Below, piece after piece: positions 21,440 through 31,670 of a stretch of DNA of 64,000 bases (the stretch's first letter is position 1; every line of letters starts with the position of its first letter). Source of the stretch: Candidatus Binatia bacterium. GTDB lineage: Bacteria; Desulfobacterota; Binatia; UBA9968; CAXXLF01. The notes beneath the pieces are model-generated. The model saw nothing but the letters and a program-made list of their open reading frames with translations. It was not told the DNA's origin and did no database searches. Where the stretch lies: positions 640,001 through 704,000 of the forward strand of contig CAXXLF010000001.1 of NCBI GenBank assembly GCA_963664015.2, given 5' to 3'. The position numbers were made by a program, and so were the translations under genes.

Positions 21440-21985
21440 TCTTCCCCCTCTTATGGCCAACAGGTACCTCGGACGGGCCTATGTCCCGGCCTCTGGGCTT
21501 CTTTCCCTCTAGCAAGACGGAGGTTATCAAGAGCCGTGCTGCGAAGTCAATCCCAAGTGGTTGGATGATCAAGGACAACGTGGAATCTTCTCATTCTGGC
21601 TAAGTGGACCGCTCGTATGGGTCCCACAATCCAGTGCGCAATAGCCCACACCCCATACGTCTAATGACATGAGTCCTCCCATCTAAAGGAAGGTACAGTT
21701 ATAGACGTTCAGAAGCTAGGAGTTAAGACCACAGCGACCGCTAATGTTTCGAATGACTAGGGGCCTACCCAGCCGCTGACGCCCCGTGGACCAGTTCCAA
21801 CATGAAGGATGGCCTAGGCCATATCTGATGGCCTCCACCTCCCATGGTGAAGGAGCCGTTTCATAGTGTGAAAGAAGGGACCCTACTTCGGTCATGGTAC
21901 AGGGAGGCTTGAATGAGAGGAAGTGTGACTCATAAATCGTTCATGCCCTTGGGGGGGTGTGCCCATGTGACTCCCCTGCCCTCCC

Positions 21986-22141
21986 GTGTTAACACCCCGT
22001 AAACATTTCCAGTGGGTAATGGGGCACTATGGCCTGGGTTGTGCAGAATGTGAAGAATCGAGAAACCCCAAAAACAACGGTGGGCTACAACAACCCTACC
22101 GTCTTCTCAGGTCCTTTTGCCAAACAACACATTAGGATTTC
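21986..22141. repeat. 156 bp island-end (att arm-like) repeat, internal copy
   Basis: Colinear with 26129-26284: GTGTTAACAC, GCAGAATGTGAAGAATCGAGAAAC, GGGCTAC, GTCTTCT.AGGTCC, CATTAGG. Confidence 0.8.
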
Positions 22142-22315
22142 TCGTGAAAGGTACTGTTGGGCTTGGGCATACTTGCCCTCACGAGCAGCTTTGTAAAAAA
22201 GCTGGATGATGGCTTCCGGACTATCTTGGGCTGCGGCCGAATGGCTGGAGACAACGCAGCTGGTGAGAACAAAAGATAGCACAAGCATTAGGGGTTTTGG
22301 TTGACTGCCTGCCAT
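22142..22315 (-). pseudogene. Secreted protein (DUF4878-like N-terminus) truncated by the att-arm copy
   Basis: Signal peptide plus SPEAIIQLFYKAAREGKYAQAQQYLS, then reads into the repeat and stops. Confidence 0.55.
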
Positions 22316-22399
22316 AGCGGCCTTTTATCGCTGGTGTTGGGCAGTGTCAAGGGGCCTCATAAGACTCAATTAAAGCGTCGTTTAATTGCGTTCTGGGGT
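22291..22399 (-). repeat. ~110 bp inverted repeat, right copy, containing palindromic site 2 (22364-22391)
   Basis: ACTCAATTAAA-GCGTCG-TTTAATTGCGT is the exact reverse complement of site 1. Confidence 0.85.
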
Positions 22400-22639
22400 C
22401 AAATGCCCTAGAAACACCAATAACTACGCCCAGATAGCCATTGCCTTTCTTTTATGAAAAGGCCTACAAGCAACTGGCCAAAGTTTTACACAGCAACTGT
22501 TGACTCCCCTTTCGAGTTTTACTAGCGTTCTTCTGAAAAGATAAACACCTTGGCCTGGGCTATTTGATCCGACGATCGAGCTTCTATTTTGTGAAATCCA
22601 CTGCCAAAAAAGGCTCTCAAAAGTCGAGCCGAAAGAGCC

Positions 22640-22715
22640 GATCTCGACCTCTTCAGAAACGGCGTGCCGCCACCTATGTAGATAAGATTCTGAGAGGTGC
22701 AAAGCCCACCGACAG
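22640..22715 (+). pseudogene. Fragment of an ABC substrate-binding protein gene
   Basis: RAATYVDKILRGAKPTD, characteristic C-terminal motif of that family. Confidence 0.6.
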
Positions 22716-22776
22716 TTAGAAGAGCGCAAGACCACGGGTAAGGTCCTATTGATTCCGTAGACGAAAGGAAAACCTC

Positions 22777-22992
22777 ATGAGCGAGACGGAAGAGTTCGCA
22801 CAGTTCGATAAGATCAGTTTTGTTAAGGACTACGAGGGTGTCAGCATCCCAAGCGGCACTCGCATAACAATCAACCAAGGAACTGCAGGGTCGATAACAC
22901 AGGCGCTCGGCAATAACCTTACGATCCGCCTCGCCTCCGGTGCTCTCATATGGGTAACGAAGCGTGACAGCGCGGTACTAGCGAAGAGTTGA
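22777..22992 (+). CDS. Stand-alone SufT/PaaD N-terminal-like small domain protein
   Basis: IPSGTRITI..GT...ITQALGNNLTI...D..VLAK resembles the SufT N-terminus; AAGGA RBS. Confidence 0.55.
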   Translation: MSETEEFAQFDKISFVKDYEGVSIPSGTRITINQGTAGSITQALGNNLTIRLASGALIWVTKRDSAVLAKS

Positions 22993-23090
22993 GCTATCTA
23001 ATAAGCCTAAACTAGCCGTTTCAGGCTAGATAAGACTTCTTTTAGAAACGCGTTCTTCCAGTAATCTTAGGGTTGTAGACTGAGTATTTG

Positions 23091-23124
23091 AAGACGCAAT
23101 TAAAGCGTCGTTTAATTGCGTCTT
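23091..23124. repeat. Palindromic site 3 (perfect 14-6-14)
   Basis: AAGACGCAATTAAA-GCGTCG-TTTAATTGCGTCTT. Confidence 0.88.
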
Positions 23125-23285
23125 GAGCGGGAATTAAGGTCCCTTTGGTGTGGAACAAGGCTAGTGCAGACTTTACGGATCCTGTCAGTCGGCTTGACGT
23201 AATTGCACGTTTTCGGATATTGTCCACCCCAAAGCAGCAATTAGGGGACAGTCCAGCTCTATCCGGCAGCCGCTTGGGTCTTCGG

Positions 23286-24521
23286 ATGCGGTCTAGAATG
23301 TGGTCGTACGGAGAATTTGTGAGTCTCGGTAATCACGCTTCAAAAGTAATTTCCTATCATTTGCTTGTCTGTGCCGTTGCGACAAGTCTTTTGGGACCGG
23401 GCGCTGTCAGTTCGCGTGCGGCTGGTGACAACACTGAACAGGCGCAACCGACTGTAGGCCAAGAAACAGTGTCGGCGAAGGCATACCTGATTCCAGCTAA
23501 AGGCGAGGTCAACAGTCGGCTTGCGAGGCGTATTCGAAAGGGATTGGAGAATGCAACGGCGGCCAGAGCAGAGGTAGTCATTGTCGAGGTTGATACTTTC
23601 GGCGGTAGCCTGGAGGCAGCCGTCAAGATACGGGATGCGCTTTTGAATGCGGATTTGCGCACTATCGCTTTCGTCAATAAGCGCGCCATCTCCGCTGGTG
23701 CGCTGATATCCCTGGCAGCCCACGACATAGTCATGACTCCCGGCGCCACGATTGGGGCAGCTACCCCGATGCGATTCACTGCAGAGGGCCCAAAACCGCT
23801 AGGGGAAAAGGCGATCAGCTACTTCCGAAAAGAGATGAAGGCAACTGCGGAGAGCCGGGATCATCCCACCGCGCTAGCGGAAGCTATGGTGGATCTTGAC
23901 GTGGTCATACCCGGAGTGATAGAGAAGGGTAAGCTGCTAACGCTAACTACTCAGGAGGCGTTGGCCCTCAAGCTGGCAGCGGCCCAAAATGACGATCTCG
24001 AACAGCTCCTACAGACCTACGGGCTTGAACTGATTACAAAGGATCGATCCGCGCAACGTTGGGATGTGCGGAGCTGGTTCAAGCAATTTCGCACGTGGCA
24101 CGTTTGGCTCATATTGGGCCTCGTCTTGGCGGTGGCAGAGATCTTCGTCTCCGGATTCTTTCTCCTCTGGTTCGCAGTGGGGGCGCTCCTGGCTTCTTTG
24201 TTGGCCTGGCTGCAGGTGCCACAGGCGGTTCAGATCGGCACCTTTCTCGTCAGCTCGTTTCTCTTGCTCGTGTTTTCGCGCACGGTGTTGCGAAGTGTTC
24301 TGTTCCGAAGCCAATCAAACATCGCCACAAACATTGAGGCCTTGAAAGGCCGCAACGGGATCGTATTCAAGACCATCGGGGGGGGCCTCAAGCCCGGCTC
24401 GGTGAAAATAGGGGGTGAGATGTGGTCTGCTGTCTGTGCGGACGACATGGAAATCACTGAGGGATTCAAAATCGAAGTGCTTGAGATCGTTGGGAACAAA
24501 GTGAAAGTTAAACTACTTTAG
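23286..24521 (+). CDS. nfeD: NfeD family protein (ClpP-class protease domain, membrane segment, OB fold); start uncertain
   Basis: VDTFGG, AISAGALI, IGAATP, GKLLTLT; C-terminal GSVKIGGEMWSA. Confidence 0.85.
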   Translation: MRSRMWSYGEFVSLGNHASKVISYHLLVCAVATSLLGPGAVSSRAAGDNTEQAQPTVGQETVSAKAYLIPAKGEVNSRLARRIRKGLENATAARAEVVIVEVDTFGGSLEAAVKIRDALLNADLRTIAFVNKRAISAGALISLAAHDIVMTPGATIGAATPMRFTAEGPKPLGEKAISYFRKEMKATAESRDHPTALAEAMVDLDVVIPGVIEKGKLLTLTTQEALALKLAAAQNDDLEQLLQTYGLELITKDRSAQRWDVRSWFKQFRTWHVWLILGLVLAVAEIFVSGFFLLWFAVGALLASLLAWLQVPQAVQIGTFLVSSFLLLVFSRTVLRSVLFRSQSNIATNIEALKGRNGIVFKTIGGGLKPGSVKIGGEMWSAVCADDMEITEGFKIEVLEIVGNKVKVKLL

Positions 24522-24530
24522 GAGGGTGCT

Positions 24531-25493
24531 ATGGACATAACAAGTGGATGGATTGTCGGTATTATGATCATTGCGGGTCTGATTACGGCCGCCAAAGGCG
24601 TCATGATCGTTGAGCAAGCCTCGGTTAAGATGGTGGAACGGTTGGGAAAGTTCCACAAAATAGCCCGCAGTGGCATCAACTTCATCTGGCCGTTCTTAGA
24701 CAAGATTCGACCGTTTATGATGCAGCAGCAGTTGTTCAGCAAAGTGGACCTGCGCGAACAGGTAATGGATTTTCCGCCCAGCCCCGTAATTACCCGTGAC
24801 AACGTCACCATGGAAGTAGACGCTGTACTGTATTACCAGATCACTGATCCGGTGAAAGCGGTCTACGAGATTGTAGACCTGGGAAATGCCATCGTTCAGC
24901 TCACAGTCACCTCCTTGCGCAACGTCATGGGTGAACTGGCGTTGGATGAAACCCTAACCTCCCGGGAGACGGTGAACTCCAGGCTGCGCGATGTGCTCGA
25001 TGAGGCTACCGACAAATGGGGTGTCAAAGTAAACCGCGTCGAATTGAAAAACATCGAGCCACCCAAGGAGATTCAGGATGCCATGGCCAAACAGATGAAG
25101 GCGGAGCGCGAACGCCGCGCTGTGGTTACCGAGGCGGAAGGAACAAAAACGTCGGCCGTCTTGGAAGCGGAGGGCCAGCGTGAAGCTGCCATCGCCAGAG
25201 CCGAAGGAAAGAAACGCTCGACAATCTTGGAAGCTGAAGGAATAGCACAAGCGCGGCTAGCAATTGCCGAGGCGGAAGCAGGAGCGCTCAAACGTGTGCG
25301 TGAGGGGCTTAACGACGCAAATCCCGCGAACTACCTGATTGCCCTGAAGTACCTCGAGTCGCTAGAGAAGATTTCCGCTGGGCAGGCGACCAAGATCTTC
25401 CTGCCCTTCGAGGCGAGCGGGATTCTGAGCTCATTAGGAGGTATCCGCGAGATGCTCAGAACCGAGGAAGTGTCGCCAGCGAAGAGTGAGTAG
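24531..25493 (+). CDS. SPFH/stomatin (QmcA-like) protein
   Basis: VERLGKF, VITRDNV, QMKAERERRA; AGGAGG RBS; follows nfeD. Confidence 0.93.
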   Translation: MDITSGWIVGIMIIAGLITAAKGVMIVEQASVKMVERLGKFHKIARSGINFIWPFLDKIRPFMMQQQLFSKVDLREQVMDFPPSPVITRDNVTMEVDAVLYYQITDPVKAVYEIVDLGNAIVQLTVTSLRNVMGELALDETLTSRETVNSRLRDVLDEATDKWGVKVNRVELKNIEPPKEIQDAMAKQMKAERERRAVVTEAEGTKTSAVLEAEGQREAAIARAEGKKRSTILEAEGIAQARLAIAEAEAGALKRVREGLNDANPANYLIALKYLESLEKISAGQATKIFLPFEASGILSSLGGIREMLRTEEVSPAKSE

Positions 25494-25549
25494 CAAATTT
25501 ACCAATCGCCTCGTTCGAACTCGTTCGCCCATCAGTTTCTAAAGAATGA

Positions 25550-25668
25550 AAAAGGCGCTGGTCCTACTTCATTAGAGGAGTTGTACGAAACAGATACTCT
25601 TATCTGCTCCAGGTGCCAGGAAGAGATGCGGATTATCAGTTTTATTGGCCAGCCCGAAGTCATTATTC
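25550..25668 (+). pseudogene. IS91-family transposase C-terminal remnant
   Basis: LYETDTLICSRCQEEMRIISFIGQPEVI matches the IS91-type ..YEVDPL.C..C...MRIISFI motif. Confidence 0.65.
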
Positions 25669-25670
25669 AC

Positions 25671-25710
25671 GCCAGGACGCAATTCAGTAGCTCTTTAATT
25701 GCGTCCTGGC
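25671..25710. repeat. Palindromic site 4 (variant spacer)
   Basis: GCCAGG-ACGCAATTCAG-TAGCTC-TTTAATTGCGT-CCTGGC. Confidence 0.8.
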
Positions 25711-26128
25711 ACTCCAACGCTTCGCGAACCCAAGCCCAGAGCGGATTCCAGCCTACCTAGAATTGACATTTAATGAGTCTGGTTTGGGGCAGCTTAGATG
25801 GGCAGTAAATGATTAGCGGCCTAATAGCTTTGACTAAGCTAAAAAAAATATAGAAATTTTTGCCTTTCACCCCTAGAGAAGTAAATAGGGGGCATGTTGG
25901 CCAGATTTAAATGCCTGATTCTTGGGGGGCTCGGGGGCGACGGTGCCGGCTGGCGGTAGGCACCCTAATCCTTTTTCCGAATAACGGCCCAAGGGGATCC
26001 TAGATGCAACCCTGAAGCTCCCTGCAGCCTCCCGATTGACGGGGCTGGCACCCAAGTGCCTTGACCTGTGGGACGGCCTGGGGTTTCTTCCAATCCCGGC
26101 AATCGCGAACGCCTGTTACCCGATCCCT

Positions 26129-26284
26129 GTGTTAACACCTCGTTAACATTTTCGCCTAAAAATGGGGGTTCCTGAGTTTGCACCTGCAGAATGTGAAGAA
26201 TCGAGAAACATGAACAAAGACGGCGGGCTACCTCTAACCTACAATCTTCTTAGGTCCCTTTGCCAAGTCACGCATTAGGTTTTC
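26129..26284. repeat. 156 bp island-end (att arm-like) repeat abutting the tRNA fragment
   Basis: Direct repeat of 21986-22141. Confidence 0.8.
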
Positions 26285-26319
26285 AAGACCGGTGGGTTAA
26301 ACCACTCACCCACCCCTCC
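26278..26319 (-). other. Displaced 5' half of tRNA-Ser (att site)
   Basis: GGAGGGGTGGGTGAGTGGTTTAACCCACCGGTCTTGAAAACC, then unrelated sequence. Confidence 0.9.
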
Positions 26320-26343
26320 TGCTTATTTCAGGTAAGTACTTGA

Positions 26344-26372
26344 AGATTAACATACTGATCCCCGGCGGCCAA
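26344..26372 (-). promoter_or_regulatory. Probable original tRNA-Ser promoter
   Basis: TTGGCC-N17-TAATCT with a TG extension, upstream of the tRNA fragment. Confidence 0.45.
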
Positions 26373-26378
26373 CGAATT

Positions 26379-26690
26379 CTATTTTCGATCTCCTAGCCGA
26401 TCCTCGTCTACCTTGAGCCGACAATCCTCGACAATCTCTTTGGGGATCATCCTGAACGCAATGACGATTAACGCAGGGACGATGATGAGGTCGTCTAGCT
26501 GGCCGAGGACCGGTATGAAATCGGGGATGAGGTCAAAGGGCAGTAATGCATACCCTACGGCAAGGCCGAGAAGCCATTTTGCCAACTTCGGTGTGCGGTG
26601 ATCTTTGAGGATTACTTGGTAGATCCTGATCTCTTTCTTTAGACTTTCTCCGAAGAACCGTAATTGATTAATACTTTTACACCAGCCCAT
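26379..26690 (-). CDS. YkvA/DUF1232 family protein
   Basis: RTPKLAK...YALLPFDLIPDFIPVLGQLDD. Confidence 0.9.
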   Translation of the reverse strand: MGWCKSINQLRFFGESLKKEIRIYQVILKDHRTPKLAKWLLGLAVGYALLPFDLIPDFIPVLGQLDDLIIVPALIVIAFRMIPKEIVEDCRLKVDEDRLGDRK

Positions 26691-26793
26691 GGGTTATTGA
26701 TGTACTCCAACACCGATGCTAACAAGCGTCTTCCGCCCCACTGATAATCCGTTGGCGGTTCAACTCCTGTCTATCCGATATGATTGAGAAGGT

Positions 26794-27686
26794 CTATTGA
26801 ACGCGGATGAGTTTCTTGGGGGAGGTCTTACCTTTGATCGCTCTCGCCCTACGGACAAGCGACTCGGTTTCTTCATATTTCCCCTGAAGGGAATAGAGCA
26901 CCGCAATGCTACTCAGGCTCCCGCCCACGGCGGGATGCTTGGAGCCATATGCATCCTCTCTGATCTTGAGTGCCTGCTCGAGCAGGGGGAGGGCTTGGTC
27001 GTATTTATGTTGAACAAAGTAGACCCTTGCCAGGCTGTTGAGACAGGTGGCAACATATGGGTGTTCCGCGCCCATGTTTTTCCTTGCGATCCCCAAGACC
27101 CTCTTGTAAACGGGCTCGGCCTCGGCATACTTCCTCTGGGTTGAATAGAGGTTGACCAGGTTGTTGAGGCTGACACTCACGTGGGGATGCGAGGAGCCGA
27201 GCGACGTTTCCACAATGGCAAGGGCCCTCTTATAGAACGGCTCGGCCACCTCATATTTAGCCTGGGTCTTATAGAGCAGGCCCAGACTGTTCAGGTTCTC
27301 GCCCACAGCGGGATGGTCCGGCCCGAGTGCCTTCTCACGGATCACCAGGGCGCGTTTGAACAGGGACTCGGCTTCATTGTATTCGCCCTGCACTCGGTAC
27401 ACATCGCCTAAATCATTCAGGTTTGTAGCTACGTCCGGGTGATAAGTCCCAAGGTTTCTTTCGCTGAGCGCCAGGGAACGATTGAAAAGCGGCAGGGCCT
27501 TTCCATATTCACCCTTGATGTAAAAGGATCTGGCCTCGGAATTGAGAATTTTGGCCTCATACAACCCGGAGACCGAAGGCCGGTCGAGCTCGCCGGGAGC
27601 CGCATTCGCCGAAGGACTGCCTGCGAGCGCAATGGCGATACAGAGATATCCCAGGATTAAAATTTTTGTATAATTAACTTTGCCAC
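26794..27686 (-). CDS. Secreted tetratricopeptide repeat protein (kinesin-light-chain-type TPR); start unclear, possible frameshift at A5 27663-27667
   Basis: Repeated LG..HP.VA..LN.L...Y..Q.KY..AEPLY.RAL; a signal-like segment lies upstream of TTG 27564. Confidence 0.8.
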
Positions 27687-27945
27687 TTATACCTTAAAAT
27701 ATTAGATGCAGACTCACACTTTTAATGCCCATTTTGTTACCCATTTAAGGGTCCCGGACCGCAGGAGCCTGAATCACAATTTCTGTATATTTTTTGTTAA
27801 CTTCCAGTCCGGACTTCTAGTAAACTAGAGGGAGCATGTCAATAGGGGGTACTGAAGGGGTAAATGGGCAGATTCAAAGTGTCGTAGCTAGCACTATTTC
27901 GAATCACCCAACCTGAAAAAGCGTGAACCTTTGGAGGAGAAGATG

Positions 27946-28494
27946 GCAAATAAGCAAAACCTGATTTTAACCGCGGTCGGACCGGACAGGATTGGTCTAG
28001 TGAAGCATATTTCCGCGTTCATCGTTCAGCATGGCTGCAATATCGAAGACAGCAAGATGGCAGTTTTCTGCGGAGAGTTTGCCCTGATCATTCTGATCTC
28101 CGGGGCAACCGAAGATCTTTCGAAGATCGATCGTGAGACTCGAGAATTAGCGGACCGAACGGGCCTAAGTATTTCGGTGAAGACACCTTCCGGCACACGC
28201 CCCGCAGCGGCCTCTCTTCCATACAGGTTGACCGCATCGCTCATGGACCATCCGGGAGTAGTGTACAAGCTAAGCGGTATCCTGAGTCAATTGGGGATCA
28301 ACATAGAATCCATGGAGACTCAGACCTATGCAGCTCCGGTCACTGGCACCCCCATATTTCGGCTGGAAGCGATAGTCTCGGTTCCGGCAACGGTGAATAT
28401 CAATGCGTTAAAGAGCCGGTTCGACGAGGTTGAGAGAGAGGAAAACATCGATATCGAGCTTTCCCTAGCAACAGGTTTCGGGAGGTCCGACTAG
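27946..28494 (+). CDS. GcvR-like double ACT-domain protein
   Basis: LTAVGPDRIGLV, CNIEDS.M, DHPGVV, GINIESM. Confidence 0.85.
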   Translation, partial: ANKQNLILTAVGPDRIGLVKHISAFIVQHGCNIEDSKMAVFCGEFALIILISGATEDLSKIDRETRELADRTGLSISVKTPSGTRPAAASLPYRLTASLMDHPGVVYKLSGILSQLGINIESMETQTYAAPVTGTPIFRLEAIVSVPATVNINALKSRFDEVEREENIDIELSLATGFGRSD

Positions 28495-28514
28495 AGGAAG
28501 GGGCCTCGGACCGA

Positions 28515-29831
<1,317 letters not shown>

Positions 29832-29979
29832 TCAACGCATAGTTAATCGTGATTCGTATAATCGCTAAAGTCAAATCGAGACCCATCCCATTGCCGACAC
29901 CGAATGTCAATCCGGCAAAATCGCAGGAATCCGAATGCTGAGGTGACTTGCTGCGTGTCAACCATTAACGGATCAACGA

Positions 29980-30294
29980 TTAACTAAATTCAAACGCGTT
30001 CTCGATATGCTCCACCACCGGGTCTCCCCCTGCATAGGAGATGCCGATAACATCGAACCGGGCATCCCGATCGTGGAGACGCTTCTGACTGAGAAAATAG
30101 AGGGCCGCTTTTTTTGATCTGGCGCTGCTTCGGGTCTTGACCTCGACGAAGACCTTGCGGTCCAAGGCGATGAGGTCCAATTTCCCAAGAGGGCAGCGAT
30201 AATTACGCTCGATAAGGGAGAACCCCTTTTTCTTGAGATAAAGCTCCGCGATCCCTTCCCCTTCTCGCCCAAGGATCTGCTTCCGGTTTTCCAT
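29980..30294 (-). pseudogene. yraN: YraN family protein with internal in-frame deletions
   Basis: LGREGE..AELYL, ERNYRC..G..DLIA, FVEVKTRS, RFDVIGI; the segment after KTRS that is usual in YraN is missing. Confidence 0.7.
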
Positions 30295-30299
30295 AACCC

Positions 30300-31097
30300 T
30301 TACGGATCCGTCAAGAGGGAACGAAAAAGGGGCTGCTGGTCGGTGGTCTTTCGTTCCGTGAATTCTCTGACAGGCTTGAAACTTTTGCGATGAATGGGAG
30401 AGGGTCCAAAATCCCGAATTGCACGTAGGTGCAAGGCGGAACCGTAGCCCTTGTGGCCGGCAAACCCGTACTCGGGATAGCAGCGGTCGTAGTCGGTCAT
30501 CAACCGGTCGCGCTCCACTTTGGCGAGGATAGACGCGGCAGCGATAGAAAGACAGAGCCTGTCCCCGTGTTTTACCGTCCTTTGATACGGGACACTGTTG
30601 TTGGTGTATGGCGGGTTTGGATGGATCGGGGCGACACTAACCCCATCTCGACGACTGGAATCATTGACCGAAGCATTTATAAGATATGATTGGGGAATCC
30701 CATAGATACCATCAATCAACAGATAGTCGGGTTTCAATTCCAATAGATGCACAGAGCGCGCCATGGCCAGGAGGCTGGCCTGCAGAATATTGATACGGTC
30801 GATCTCCTCCGGATCGGCGGAACCGATTCCCCAGCCTAGGGCGTGTTCCTTGATCCAGGGGATCAGAGCTTCGCGCTTTTTTGGGCTCAGAAGTTTTGAG
30901 TCCGTAATCTCCGGGTGGACCAATCCCCGTGGGAAAACCACGGCAGCGGCCATGACAGGTCCGGCCAGCGGTCCCCTTCCCACTTCGTCCAAGCCGGCTA
31001 CATGTTTATAGCCGAGGACAAAGCCCTCTTCCTCCCATTTTTTGGGATTTACTGGCAATGCCAACTCTTCCGAATCTCCAACCCGGCGAACTTTCAT
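30300..31097 (-). CDS. rnhB: Ribonuclease HII
   Basis: AGLDEVGRGPLAGPV, DSKLL, IAAASILAKV, HKGYG. Confidence 0.96.
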   Translation of the reverse strand: MKVRRVGDSEELALPVNPKKWEEEGFVLGYKHVAGLDEVGRGPLAGPVMAAAVVFPRGLVHPEITDSKLLSPKKREALIPWIKEHALGWGIGSADPEEIDRINILQASLLAMARSVHLLELKPDYLLIDGIYGIPQSYLINASVNDSSRRDGVSVAPIHPNPPYTNNSVPYQRTVKHGDRLCLSIAAASILAKVERDRLMTDYDRCYPEYGFAGHKGYGSALHLRAIRDFGPSPIHRKSFKPVREFTERKTTDQQPLFRSLLTDP

Positions 31098-31374
31098 GGA
31101 GTTCCAAATTTATCTCAAAGGAACTGCGCCTGTAAACAAAATAATTTCGTCGCGGGGCCATCAGCAAATGAGCTATTAGCATTTAACCATACTTTTAGTT
31201 TGGAACATCAAAACCCTATCTCGATGTGAATTGTTCCATACAAGCCATTAGATAAGACTCCCCATGGAATCGTTTCCGTTTTTCTCATTTGAATGGCTGA
31301 GAGCTGACGGCTGATTGCTGAGAGCTTAAATTGCTAATTTGCACTCCATTCTAAGGCTATGTTAAATACACGAC

Positions 31375-31662
31375 ATGAGCCTGACCCGGGAAGATGTAAA
31401 ACAGGTGGCGACGTTGGCACGTATGGAACTCACACCAAAAGAAGAGGAGCAACTCACCCTCCAGCTCGGCAAGGTCCTCGACTACATTGAGAGACTGAAT
31501 CAGCTGGATACGGAAAAGGTCGAACCTCTTGCCCATGTGGGAGACATCGTCAACGCCTTCCGTGAGGATCGCGTCACCAACAAGCCGGCCATTGACTCGC
31601 TGCTTAGCAATGCCCCCGACCGGGAAGACGACTTCTTCAAGGTCCCCAAGATTATTGAATGA
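31375..31662 (+). CDS. gatC: Asp/Glu-tRNA amidotransferase subunit C
   Basis: VATLARM, LDTEKVEP, NAP...FFKVPKIIE. Confidence 0.95.
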   Translation: MSLTREDVKQVATLARMELTPKEEEQLTLQLGKVLDYIERLNQLDTEKVEPLAHVGDIVNAFREDRVTNKPAIDSLLSNAPDREDDFFKVPKIIE

Positions 31663-31670
31663 CTCATTGA

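Larger units (their letters stand above)
15074..26319. mobile_element. Genomic island integrated at tRNA-Ser, bounded by a duplicated tRNA 5' half
   Basis: 42 bp direct repeat 15074-15115 vs 26278-26319 (1 mismatch); integrase remnant, heterogeneous GC, pseudogenes. Confidence 0.85.

Noticed and set aside
23094-23121. Chromosomal XerCD dif site
   Set aside because: The 11-6-11 geometry fits, but the arms are symmetric and lack the TTATGTTAAAT-type XerD arm; there are four copies inside an island.
18372-25704. Palindromic repeats as a CRISPR array
   Set aside because: Spacing is 0.7-4 kb and irregular, orientation is mixed, and there are no cas genes.
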